The notes beneath the pieces are model-generated. The model had not been told where the DNA came from. It did not search any database and saw nothing but the letters and a program-made list of their open reading frames with translations. From Candidatus Dojkabacteria bacterium (GTDB taxonomy: Bacteria > Patescibacteriota > Dojkabacteria > SC72 > JAFGCJ01), in assembly GCA_016929645.1 (NCBI GenBank), contig JAFGIK010000036.1, positions 1-56,146 of the forward strand: DNA of 56,146 nt, written 5' to 3'. Shown piece by piece: positions 9,396-19,060 of the stretch (position 1 is the stretch's first letter; each line of letters starts with the position of its first letter). A program made the position numbers and the translations under genes.

Positions 9396-11078
9396 ATGAA
9401 AATAAAAGTTCTTCAAGGTTTAAATTTAATAAATCCGCACACAACAGTAATTGTCGAGATGGAAAAAGTAAGCGATGAACTTGTAAAAATGATAAAAGAA
9501 ATTCATCCAATATTCCTTATCGACTACAAAATACACACGGAGGCCAAGCTAGAAGTGCAAACACATATTCCAAACTTATGGAAGAATGAACAATTTCTAC
9601 AGCCAATAGAAGACTATGCAACAGGTAAAATCGATTATGAAAAAGCACGTCTTGAAATGCTTGAAGTCGCACGGTTACTTTTAGGTTCAATGTCTACAAT
9701 CCCTACCCTACATGCTGCGCACAAGAAAGGTTATGAAACTATCCAGTATTTTGTAAATGACAGTTCAATAGAAAAACTTTCTTTTAATAGGACTTATTCA
9801 ATAGGAATTGGCTTAGAGTCAGAGGTCATGACATCAGCATCATCTACAAGAGATGCTCATCTTGCCCAAAAAATACAGCGAGATAAATCAATAACCAATC
9901 AGGTCATAGAAAAGATGGGAATGCCAATTGCTAAATGGGCAATTGTAGACTCAAAAGAAAAATTAAAAGACCTAGGAGATAAAGTCGGCTACCCTCTTGT
10001 CATGAAACCAGTTGGCTTAACAGGTGGCCATGGTGTCCAAATCGGTATGAAAAATTCTCAAGAACTTGAGGAGGCTTGGGATAGAATACAAAGTTACTAT
10101 GAGAAAGATATGACACATCAAGAAAAAAAATCAGAATGGCAAAAAACAATAATCATTCAGCAAGTATTAAAAGGCTCAGATTACAGAATCCTTGTAGTTA
10201 ACGGAAAGTTCCAAATCGCAACACACAGGCTTCAGGCACAGGTTACAGGAGATGGCTCAAGTTCTATTGAAGAACTAATCAAAAAAGAAAATGAAAACCC
10301 AGCCCGTGATATTAACCTGCCAACTCACACACTCAAGCCAATTGTTATAGATAAAGATCTCATCAAAGTTTTAGAAAAACAAAACCTAAATATCAACTAC
10401 ATACCAAAGAAAGATGAAGTCGTAAGGGTCAGAGACGTTGCAAGTATGAGCCAAGGTGGAATTACAGCTGATGTAACAGACAAAATTCATCCTCAGATAA
10501 AATATATTTGCGAATCAATTGCACAGACTATTCATGCATTTGTTCTTGGAGTTGATGTACTAGCCCAGGACATCTCTAAACCACTCACAACAGACAATGG
10601 AGGAATTATTGAGATGAATACAATGCCTGAAATATATCTCAATACTCATCCAGTAATAGGGACTAAGAGAGAAGACTTTGGTGAACTGATTTTACAAAAT
10701 CTAATTAACCAGAATATCCATACAAATCGTGTAGTAGTATTAGGAGATATCTCTTATGAAAAGATCGAAAAGAACGTAACGGAACAACTGCCAGGTGCAA
10801 CAAAGATTGGAAGATTCTACAACAACACAATATACATCAATGGATTTGAAATCAATAGTAAATTATCGATACATACTGGTGTTTTATGTATGAAAAAGAA
10901 TAAATCCCTGGATACAATAGTCCTTCACTACCAAGATATTCAGGAGATAGAGGAAAATGGTCTAGGATTCGACAATATTGACCTTCTAATCTCAACGGAA
11001 GAGACTATCAATAAAGTTAAGGCAGATGTTCAAAAATACCTTGACGAAAAATTAATAAAACGAATGATTATAGTTTAG
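9396..11078 (+). CDS. cyanophycin synthetase-like ATP-grasp ligase with truncated, degenerate C-terminal Mur-like domain
   Basis: KPVGLTGGHGV, GSDYRILVVNG, VTGDGSSSIEELI, ASMSQGG..DVTDKIHP, GVDVLAQDISKPL, IEMNTMP; C-terminal GLGFDNIDL remnant without a GTNGKTT P-loop. Confidence 0.72.
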   Translation: MKIKVLQGLNLINPHTTVIVEMEKVSDELVKMIKEIHPIFLIDYKIHTEAKLEVQTHIPNLWKNEQFLQPIEDYATGKIDYEKARLEMLEVARLLLGSMSTIPTLHAAHKKGYETIQYFVNDSSIEKLSFNRTYSIGIGLESEVMTSASSTRDAHLAQKIQRDKSITNQVIEKMGMPIAKWAIVDSKEKLKDLGDKVGYPLVMKPVGLTGGHGVQIGMKNSQELEEAWDRIQSYYEKDMTHQEKKSEWQKTIIIQQVLKGSDYRILVVNGKFQIATHRLQAQVTGDGSSSIEELIKKENENPARDINLPTHTLKPIVIDKDLIKVLEKQNLNINYIPKKDEVVRVRDVASMSQGGITADVTDKIHPQIKYICESIAQTIHAFVLGVDVLAQDISKPLTTDNGGIIEMNTMPEIYLNTHPVIGTKREDFGELILQNLINQNIHTNRVVVLGDISYEKIEKNVTEQLPGATKIGRFYNNTIYINGFEINSKLSIHTGVLCMKKNKSLDTIVLHYQDIQEIEENGLGFDNIDLLISTEETINKVKADVQKYLDEKLIKRMIIV

Positions 11079-11122
11079 TAAAAGAATAAAGTTCAAGTTA
11101 TTTAAATTATAAGAAATTTATA

Positions 11123-12052
11123 ATGAAATTTTTGATCGTTGATAAGAGCAAGAGAGTTGGAGATCTTGATTCACAACACTACGCAGTACAACGTATTATT
11201 GACAGTCTTGGTAAAAAACAAATAGAACACGAATTCTGCCATTTTGATGAAATTTCAATATGTGTTGAAAATGGACAGTTAATGCTTAGAATCAAAGGAA
11301 AACCACTCACTGACTTTTCACACATAATAATGAGAGGACACAGAAGAGAGGAATTTCAGATAAAACAAGCTGTCGTGTTCTTCAGTGAAAAACATGGGAT
11401 CAAAGTACAAAACGCAGAATTCATTAAGTTAATGCCAAGCTACAACAAGCTATTTCAACAGGTATTTATGGCACAAAACGGAATTCCATATATTGATTCA
11501 GCATATGTACTCAACGGAATGTATCACGAAGAATCAGAAACACTTGACAGGTTAGAGTTTCCGCTAATTTACAAACATGTCTGGGGTGAATATCGCGTAG
11601 AAAAAATCGATGGAGAAGACAAACTGAAAAAAAATGTTTTTCTAGTAAACAACATCGATGAGTTAAAAAAACAATGTACTGATCGAAGCGATCCCCAGGA
11701 TTATTTTATTCAAAAATATGTCGATATAGGAGAAGATACAAGAGCAATGATGATTGATGGAAAATTTATTGGAGGTTGGAAAAGAGAAGCAAACGAAAGC
11801 TTTTTAACAGTCGGGGGAAAACCCAAGTACAGCCTTTTTAATAATCCAGATCAAGAATATCTCGAATTAGTTGAAAAAACAGCAAAACTATTCAAAGCTC
11901 AATACTGTGCACTAGATGTCATATACTACAAAGATAAACCTCACATTCTCGAGATTAATATGGACCCAGGATTTAAAGCATTTGAGACCAAAATTGAAGG
12001 AATGGAAATCGACATCGCAATGGCAATCGTTGATAACATGCTTGAGAAATAA
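11123..12052 (+). CDS. RimK/LysX-family ATP-grasp amino-acid ligase
   Basis: NKLFQ...GIPY, FPLIYK, IQKYV, DTRAMMI, ALDVI, ILEINMDPGF. Confidence 0.75.
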   Translation: MKFLIVDKSKRVGDLDSQHYAVQRIIDSLGKKQIEHEFCHFDEISICVENGQLMLRIKGKPLTDFSHIIMRGHRREEFQIKQAVVFFSEKHGIKVQNAEFIKLMPSYNKLFQQVFMAQNGIPYIDSAYVLNGMYHEESETLDRLEFPLIYKHVWGEYRVEKIDGEDKLKKNVFLVNNIDELKKQCTDRSDPQDYFIQKYVDIGEDTRAMMIDGKFIGGWKREANESFLTVGGKPKYSLFNNPDQEYLELVEKTAKLFKAQYCALDVIYYKDKPHILEINMDPGFKAFETKIEGMEIDIAMAIVDNMLEK

Positions 12053-12080
12053 GTAAGATTTACAAAAAACTGAAATTAAT

Positions 12081-13244
12081 CTATACCAATCCTGTTTCAG
12101 AGAATATCCTATCAACAAGATGTTGCGTTGGATATACCGAAGGTTTTGGAATAATACCCTCCTCTACTAAAGGAATCCAGGAATATGCAATTTTACCTGC
12201 ATACATATATTTATACCCATTCTCATCGCCAGAAAGCTTTCTTCGAATATTAAGAAAACCTCGGAAATATGACACATCTTTACAGTAGCAACCAGTAAGA
12301 GACGTATCTGACATTCCGCGTTTAACTCGATACGTTATCTCAAATGCTGATCGTCTAGCATAAATCGATCTAAGTGCATCAAAGATTTGCCTAAAAGATG
12401 AATACTGAGCCAAATATATTGCATATACAAATGCAGCCCTCTTCTTAATATCTATCGCTCTTAATAACCCAAACTTTTCCTCGTTATATGTTGCTAGACC
12501 TTCTTCATCATCAAGATAATCAGCAACAGTAGGCTTGCCAAAGGATTCTATACCTGTAGCAAAGCCGTTACTTGAACGAAGAACATGAGTTAGAATCTCA
12601 TGAACAATCGTCTTCCTTATCTTCTCAACGTTAGTATCAATATTCGGATCAAGCATAACTCTCTTTGTCTTTGCAACAGTACGGATACCAGAAGACACAA
12701 TAGCCTTTGATTTATCAACCTCCCAATCAGTCAGATCAAGAATCTCAAAAACTTTTTGAAAAACAACAACTAAATCATCATATCTAAGCTTTCGCTGTCT
12801 TAACTTTTTATCAGATTCTACAATATTTATGTCACCATAACGCCTTCGTAAAACTCTACAAGCTTTTCGAAACAATTTGTAAGATGGAAGTTTAAAACGC
12901 TCATAGGAAATCTTGACAAAACGCTCATCATCTCCGATCGATTCAAGCAGCTCGGATGTCTGTTTTTTACTTTCTACAATTTGAAGAATTATATTTGATA
13001 TCGCAGGATCTACATCACTAACAACCCGAAGATTATCAAGAATTTTAAGTTGCTCCATATTATCTTTTTCAGCTTTACGGTATTTAAAAACCGGGTTATA
13101 ATCATCTTCTTTAAAAAACTTAGCCCGCTCTTCTTCAAGATTTTCAGGAACAAGATACAAACTTAACGGAGTCGCGATATTTGATAGAATTTCGTTAACT
13201 TCTTCAAGAGTAAATTCTGTTTTATTTTTAGTGAAATTAAACAT
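12081..13244 (-). CDS. DUF1704 / MATCAP-type metallocarboxypeptidase
   Basis: YNPVFKY, HEILTH (HExxxH), EEGLATYNE, RVKRG, KDVSYFRG, YAGKI. Confidence 0.8.
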   Translation of the reverse strand: MFNFTKNKTEFTLEEVNEILSNIATPLSLYLVPENLEEERAKFFKEDDYNPVFKYRKAEKDNMEQLKILDNLRVVSDVDPAISNIILQIVESKKQTSELLESIGDDERFVKISYERFKLPSYKLFRKACRVLRRRYGDINIVESDKKLRQRKLRYDDLVVVFQKVFEILDLTDWEVDKSKAIVSSGIRTVAKTKRVMLDPNIDTNVEKIRKTIVHEILTHVLRSSNGFATGIESFGKPTVADYLDDEEGLATYNEEKFGLLRAIDIKKRAAFVYAIYLAQYSSFRQIFDALRSIYARRSAFEITYRVKRGMSDTSLTGCYCKDVSYFRGFLNIRRKLSGDENGYKYMYAGKIAYSWIPLVEEGIIPKPSVYPTQHLVDRIFSETGLV

Positions 13245-13258
13245 CTATAATTATTGGA

Positions 13259-14899
13259 TTATGTAATTTTATCTATTAACATATACATCGAAGATTCGAG
13301 AAAACCCGTCCAAACACGGAAAAATCTTTTTATATTAGCATTAAATCCTCCACCTTGCTTGCTAAAACCACGAAAAAACCACTCCAAGCCTAAATATCCT
13401 AAATTGACATCCACTTTGTTAGCCTCACCAGCAACAAAATCAAAAGTCCCACCAAGGCTAATACCAAGCCCACACTTTAATTGAGATCTATTTGCAAAAA
13501 GCCATTCTTCTCCGCCTTTTACACAAACAACAAGTATATCAGGATTTGCTTTATTTATTAACTTCAGAGCCTCGGAAGATGATTCTTCTGAACGCTTCCC
13601 AGGATAAACATCCTTGATTTTAAGACCAGGATACTCTTTGCTTAAGCGTTCAGAAGCAAGAATACCAGTATTTCCATGTCCGAAATCAAATCCTCCATAA
13701 AAGAACACAGAATACCCCCTTTTTAAGGCAAGTTCCATAAGTGGACGGATTAACTCAGACCCGGAAACTTTTGCACGCAAGACACTTCTAATCGCGTCAG
13801 GATAGAAAATTACAAGGATACCAGACAGGATAAAATGAAACACCCCCTCCACCAATCGTATCACAAAATTATTACTCAATTCTAAACTCCTCAAATATGC
13901 AGCCCACAAAACAAAAATACCATCGGACAATGATAAAACCCCATTATTCAGCGCATCTCTGAAATACCTGTCACGCTGGGCCTTCACAACATATTCAGAA
14001 TAAGGAGTAACAACATACGAAAATTCCCCAGAATTTATCAGCTTGTCCATCTTTCCGATTGCAGATTCCACTGTCTCATTATTGATTTGCACACCCAAGA
14101 CATCAACAACATCTACCCTCCTTCTTGATTTATCTTGAATATACAATTTGAACAAATCATTAATCTCAGACAATATTACTGAAATGCAAACACACAGAAT
14201 TGCAAAAGAAAAAAGTCCAAAATAAGGAATAATTGAAAATAAATACCCTAAAATAGCAATTAAAATTATACTTGAAAGAAAATTTATTAAATCTTGAAAT
14301 TTTTTAGCTTTGTGAAGCCAACGTATAAGAAAAATAGATAAAAATACAATACTAAGTGCCCAAAATATAGAGATAAACATAAATAATACTAGAAAAATAT
14401 AGCAGAGTACTATCGGAATTACTCTTAACAATCCAGATTCCATATTCCTTATAAAAACCAACTTAGAGAAAAATATATAAAAAAGAGCCATGGAACCAAC
14501 AAAAATTGACAAAAACAATCCATAATAAATATACGTAGAAACAATATTCCTTAAAATAGAAATTTCAATCATAGGAAGTTGCTGATTGAAATAGTAACCA
14601 ATACATAGCAAAATCAAACAGTAAATTGAGAAAATAAGTTTATTACTCCAAAGCTGAAACCCAAGGAATATAATTATGAAAAATATTAGCGAATATACCC
14701 AGACCCCAGAATTAATTATGTTAAATCCAAAAAAATTAAACAGAAACAAAATAAAAATGCTAAAACAGAACAACCCAACAATATAAATATTCTCAAGACC
14801 AGAAATATCAAACAGGCTTTGTTTCAAGGATGGGTCCTTTTCTTTAGTCAAAATTTTCAATGTTGCTTTATCTTTTCCAAAATTTTTAGATTTGGGCAT
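13259..14899 (-). CDS. WecB/TagA/CpsF glycosyltransferase fused to an N-terminal multi-TM domain
   Basis: About 8 TM helices in residues 30-250; VVTPYSE, LSDGI, VSGSEL, VFFYGG, LGGTFDFVAG, GLEWFFR. Confidence 0.8.
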   Translation of the reverse strand: MPKSKNFGKDKATLKILTKEKDPSLKQSLFDISGLENIYIVGLFCFSIFILFLFNFFGFNIINSGVWVYSLIFFIIIFLGFQLWSNKLIFSIYCLILLCIGYYFNQQLPMIEISILRNIVSTYIYYGLFLSIFVGSMALFYIFFSKLVFIRNMESGLLRVIPIVLCYIFLVLFMFISIFWALSIVFLSIFLIRWLHKAKKFQDLINFLSSIILIAILGYLFSIIPYFGLFSFAILCVCISVILSEINDLFKLYIQDKSRRRVDVVDVLGVQINNETVESAIGKMDKLINSGEFSYVVTPYSEYVVKAQRDRYFRDALNNGVLSLSDGIFVLWAAYLRSLELSNNFVIRLVEGVFHFILSGILVIFYPDAIRSVLRAKVSGSELIRPLMELALKRGYSVFFYGGFDFGHGNTGILASERLSKEYPGLKIKDVYPGKRSEESSSEALKLINKANPDILVVCVKGGEEWLFANRSQLKCGLGISLGGTFDFVAGEANKVDVNLGYLGLEWFFRGFSKQGGGFNANIKRFFRVWTGFLESSMYMLIDKIT

Positions 14900-14982
14900 A
14901 ATTAATTTTGTATAAAATTACTCCTTGTCCTATGCTCCATATTACCAAATACAAAACCTATTTACCTGTATGATCGTATAAG

Positions 14983-15987
14983 TTACTCGCTATCTAAACT
15001 TTTTTGTAATATATCAAGATTCTTTAGAGCTTCTCCCGTACCTTTCACAACACAATACATAGGTTCCTCTGCTACGTGAGCAGGAACACCTGTCGCTTTT
15101 GTCAGCAATCGATCAATGTTTCGAAGCATCGCAGTACCTCCGCTAAGGACCATTCCTCGATTAATAACGTCAGAAGATAACTCTGGTGGTGTTTTTTCAA
15201 GAACATCCTTAACAGCCTTAATTATCTTGCTTAATGGATAATTCAAAGCTTCAACCGTTTCATTTGATGTTACTTCAACCGATCTTGGCATACCACTAGT
15301 ACTATCACGACCACGAACATCCATAGTCATAAAGTTATCAATAGGTAAAGCAGAACCAATTTTTAACTTAATTTCTTCTGCAGTTTGTTCACCAATCAAT
15401 AGTCCATGATGTTTCCTCATATAAGAAATAAGAGCATCATTCAATGCATCACCTGCAACACGTACTGAATTATATACAACCATACCATTAAGTGAGATAA
15501 CAGCAACTTCTGTCGTACCACCACCCATATTTACAATCATATTCCCAGACGAAGTATGAATAGGAAGCTTTGCTCCAATTGACGCTGCAAGGGGTTCAGG
15601 AATAAGCCAAACTCTTTTTGCTCCAGCAGAGAGAGCAGCTTTTCGTACAGCACGCTTCTCTACTGACGTAATACCAGCAGGAACACTTATCATTACATCA
15701 GGCTTAAATAAACGTGAATAGCCAATTGTTTTATTCAGGAAATATTTCAATAATGCTTCCGTTATGCGATAGCTGGCGATAACACCACTTCTCAACGGTC
15801 TTCTGGCAATGATATTGTCAGGAGTCTTTCCAATCATTGTCTTTGCTTCATTTCCAACAGCTACAACAGAATAATCATCCGTATTCAAGGCAACAACAGT
15901 TGGCTCTACAAGTACAACGCCCTGTGGTTCAAGGAAAACTATTGAATTTGCTGTGCCAAGGTCAATACCAATTCTTTTGTTAAACAT
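14983..15987 (-). CDS. mreB: rod shape-determining actin MreB
   Basis: IGIDLGTAN, RPLRSGVIA, GGGTTEVAVISL, GEQTAEEIK, LSGGTAML. Confidence 0.97.
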   Translation of the reverse strand: MFNKRIGIDLGTANSIVFLEPQGVVLVEPTVVALNTDDYSVVAVGNEAKTMIGKTPDNIIARRPLRSGVIASYRITEALLKYFLNKTIGYSRLFKPDVMISVPAGITSVEKRAVRKAALSAGAKRVWLIPEPLAASIGAKLPIHTSSGNMIVNMGGGTTEVAVISLNGMVVYNSVRVAGDALNDALISYMRKHHGLLIGEQTAEEIKLKIGSALPIDNFMTMDVRGRDSTSGMPRSVEVTSNETVEALNYPLSKIIKAVKDVLEKTPPELSSDVINRGMVLSGGTAMLRNIDRLLTKATGVPAHVAEEPMYCVVKGTGEALKNLDILQKSLDSE

Positions 15988-16111
15988 ATAAGCCTTATTA
16001 TAACATTGATCATTATCTCAGTCATGTGAGAATTTATTACAAAAATTAATATTTATGAAACAAATCCAGAACATTGATTCATATACAGCAGACTGATATA
16101 CTTCAGAAGAT

Positions 16112-17854
16112 ATGATTAAGACAGATTCAAACAAACAACTTGACATAGCTGTCCTTTCATCATACATATTGCCCATTCTCCTAATTATTGGAACAATCCT
16201 CGTCTATTTCACTGCAAGAGGTTACAGAATTGACTTTGAAAATCAAGAAATCGAGACAACCGGTACACTAAACATCAAATCTTCACCCACAAGAGCATAC
16301 GTAATTCTTGACGATAAGTTAATAGGCAAGACACCCAAAGTTAGCACTGGACTGGCAGAAGGCGAACATTCAATAACCATACAAAAAGAAAACTATCACT
16401 CATGGAGTATGGATTTTTACCTTGAAGGAGAAAGCTTAATCCCAATACATATTCCATTGTATCTTAAAGAAACAATGCATAAGAAAATTTTCCAAATAGA
16501 TGCAGACACAGAGCTAGATCAGATTATCAATTCTGAGAATAATGAATTTATTTACTTTACTACCATGAGGAAAGAAGAGACACAAGATCAGCAGCAAGAG
16601 GAATCAGAAAACAATCAAACAGATCAGGCTCTGGACACTTATACTGACATAGAAATCTGGAGATACCAGATTAATAAATACTTTTGGCAATTCGACATAA
16701 AACCAGAGATCGTCTATACCCTGGAAGTTTATGATGAGCAAAACGACAACAATAAAACAGCCCAAAAAATCAATATCAAAAATTACAGCATTTTACCTTC
16801 ACCTAATAATGAAAATATTCTTATAAAAACGAATATTAACGATAGAGTTTACTATTATATTACGGGCAACCTTACTCAAAACGAAAACAAACTTACAGAG
16901 TTGGATTTACCTAACATTACAGAACAAGACAAAATATCATGGTCCAAAGATTCCAAGTACCTGATACTGGAAAAAGAAAATGAGCTTCGATCCATAAACA
17001 TACAGGATGGACAACAAACAATAATTATTGAGAAAAATCACAATACTGAATTTATCTGGACGTCAGACATGCAAGGAAATCTATACTATGTTGACGAGAC
17101 AAAAAATTCCTACGATTTTTACCAAGTTCTTCAAAACGGAAAACAAAAACAAATGATATTCAGGACATACAGAACAAACATAAACGAATCAACAGAAGAA
17201 ACACAAACAAATCCTGATCAACAAGATATAAACCAAGATACAAAGCAGGAGGCTCAAGACAACACAGAAGATTCAAAACTAATCGAAGAACAGAACCAAG
17301 ATGTCAAAGGAGCACAAACAGAAGCCATCGAAGTTACATTAAATAAATTGAACGATATTATAGTATCAGATAACGGAAACTTCATGATAATCTTTTCCGA
17401 TAACAAATTAATCGTGAACAATAATAAAGAGAGTACCACAGACAGTTACTCTGTCGACAATCCTGAATTCATTGGATTTTCACCATCACAAGAAGGCTTT
17501 TTATTTCTGGAGGAAGGGAATAAAGTCATAAATTACAACATTGAAATAGAGGAAAATCATCCACAAAAAAAAGAAGGTCCAACATATCTTTTTGAATTTG
17601 ACGAAAATTCAAGCTATTCAAACTTCAACTGGCATCCTTACGAAAACGTTATTTTCTATACGAAAGAAATAAAGAATTCTGAAAATGTAGATGACACACA
17701 ACTCAAGTTATGCGTATTCTATATTTATAATAAACAGGAAATCGAGATCGACGACAATTTAATATTCAGTCAGTATTCTATAAACAGCGAAAGAAATAAA
17801 CTCTATACCTTTTGTCAAAAAAATTACCTGTGTGAAATAATAATTTCAGAATAA
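16112..17854 (+). CDS. PEGA-domain surface protein with probable beta-propeller repeats
   Basis: N-terminal TM + ARGYR; PEGA TGTLNIKSSP...GKTP...GEHSITIQKENY; WSKDSKYL, FSPSQ, WHP repeats. Confidence 0.7.
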   Translation: MIKTDSNKQLDIAVLSSYILPILLIIGTILVYFTARGYRIDFENQEIETTGTLNIKSSPTRAYVILDDKLIGKTPKVSTGLAEGEHSITIQKENYHSWSMDFYLEGESLIPIHIPLYLKETMHKKIFQIDADTELDQIINSENNEFIYFTTMRKEETQDQQQEESENNQTDQALDTYTDIEIWRYQINKYFWQFDIKPEIVYTLEVYDEQNDNNKTAQKINIKNYSILPSPNNENILIKTNINDRVYYYITGNLTQNENKLTELDLPNITEQDKISWSKDSKYLILEKENELRSINIQDGQQTIIIEKNHNTEFIWTSDMQGNLYYVDETKNSYDFYQVLQNGKQKQMIFRTYRTNINESTEETQTNPDQQDINQDTKQEAQDNTEDSKLIEEQNQDVKGAQTEAIEVTLNKLNDIIVSDNGNFMIIFSDNKLIVNNNKESTTDSYSVDNPEFIGFSPSQEGFLFLEEGNKVINYNIEIEENHPQKKEGPTYLFEFDENSSYSNFNWHPYENVIFYTKEIKNSENVDDTQLKLCVFYIYNKQEIEIDDNLIFSQYSINSERNKLYTFCQKNYLCEIIISE

Positions 17855-17917
17855 AACATATTCAAGGGGAAAAATATCTTGTGATTAAGAAAAATAAAAA
17901 AATATCACTAACCTTTT

Positions 17918-18523
17918 TTACGAATTAATAACCTTTTCTATCCTCTTTAAATTCACAAGAAATTCCGTATTTTTACTACCTTTCCCTTTAATTGGAGATT
18001 CCACTACACCTTCGATAGAAAATCCAAATTTATCAATATTTTCAAGTACAGCATCTAAAACACTTTTTACTTTCAAAGGATCAAGCTGACCACGAATCAG
18101 CCATTTTTGAGGAGCTTCATAATGAGGCTTTATTAAACTTACAGCCCTACCATTAGTCTTAAGCAATTTGTACGCTTGTGGCAATATTTTATCCTGTCTT
18201 GTCCAACTAACATCAACAGAGATAAAATCAACCTTTTCTGGCAATTCGACAAATAAAGCATTAGTGCGCTCCATAACAACAACCCTTTTATCGTTACGAA
18301 GTTTCCAATCAAGAACCCCATACCCAGTATCAACTGCATAAACTTTTCTCGCACCAAATCTAAGAAGACAATCTACAAACCCCCCGGTACTACAACCTAA
18401 ATCAGCGCACACAAGATCTTTTACACTAACATTGAATACTTTAAGTCCATACTCAAGCTTCTGTCCTGCTCTTGATGCAAAATCTGAATTTGATGAAGAT
18501 TGTTTATCCAAAAAGTTATTCAA
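17918..18523 (-). CDS. tlyA: TlyA-family rRNA 2'-O-methyltransferase lacking the S4 domain
   Basis: SRAGQKL, DLGCSTGGFVDCLL, YAVDTG, ERTNA, LIKPHYE, SPIKG..NTEFL. Confidence 0.88.
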   Translation of the reverse strand: MNNFLDKQSSSNSDFASRAGQKLEYGLKVFNVSVKDLVCADLGCSTGGFVDCLLRFGARKVYAVDTGYGVLDWKLRNDKRVVVMERTNALFVELPEKVDFISVDVSWTRQDKILPQAYKLLKTNGRAVSLIKPHYEAPQKWLIRGQLDPLKVKSVLDAVLENIDKFGFSIEGVVESPIKGKGSKNTEFLVNLKRIEKVINS

Positions 18524-18573
18524 GAAATGTTATATATTTTCCAGTTTTACTGGAGAATCAGACAACACCAAAT

Positions 18574-18648
18574 CGCACCTGGCGGGAATCGAACCTGCAA
18601 TCTACGCGTTAGGAGTGCGTTGCTCTATCCAAATTGAGCTACAGGTGC
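18574..18648 (-). tRNA. trnR: tRNA-Arg(CCT)
   Basis: Minus strand GCACCTGTAGCTCAATTTGGATAGAGCAACGCA-CTCCTAA-CGCGTAGATTGCAGGTTCGATTCCCGCCAGGTGCG; A20; no encoded CCA. Confidence 0.92.
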
Positions 18649-19060
18649 AAAGATAGTATGAATATTATATTATGAATTATATTGCATTTTTCCCAAAATT
18701 ACCTAATTTTACAGAAATTCAGTTAACTTGACTAATAATATGATCTATCTCGACGGTCCTAATTAAAGAATAACTTGAAGTTATCAATCAACGAAACATT
18801 ATGCTAATATCAATATATAATATTAATATATCGAGACAACAATATTGCAAGGTGTTGACAGTACTACATGTAGACAAATAGTAATTTATCATATTAAATA
18901 TAAATAGTATTTTATAGAATAATTATGTTTATGTAAAAAAGAATCTAAACAGTATATTGAGTAGATAATAATGGTAAAAGATCAGATTAATACAAAACAA
19001 GACCCCAAACAAACTCTTAAAATTCTGCTATAAAAGTTCTTAAATTTCACCCCGGTAAAA

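Noticed and set aside
8383-11078. Calling these genes cphA or gshF
   Set aside because: No active Mur-like domain and no glutamate-cysteine ligase domain; only the ATP-grasp part is shared
17150-17320. Q/E/N/T-rich quasi-repeats in the PEGA protein
   Set aside because: Low-complexity linker with no discrete repeat unit
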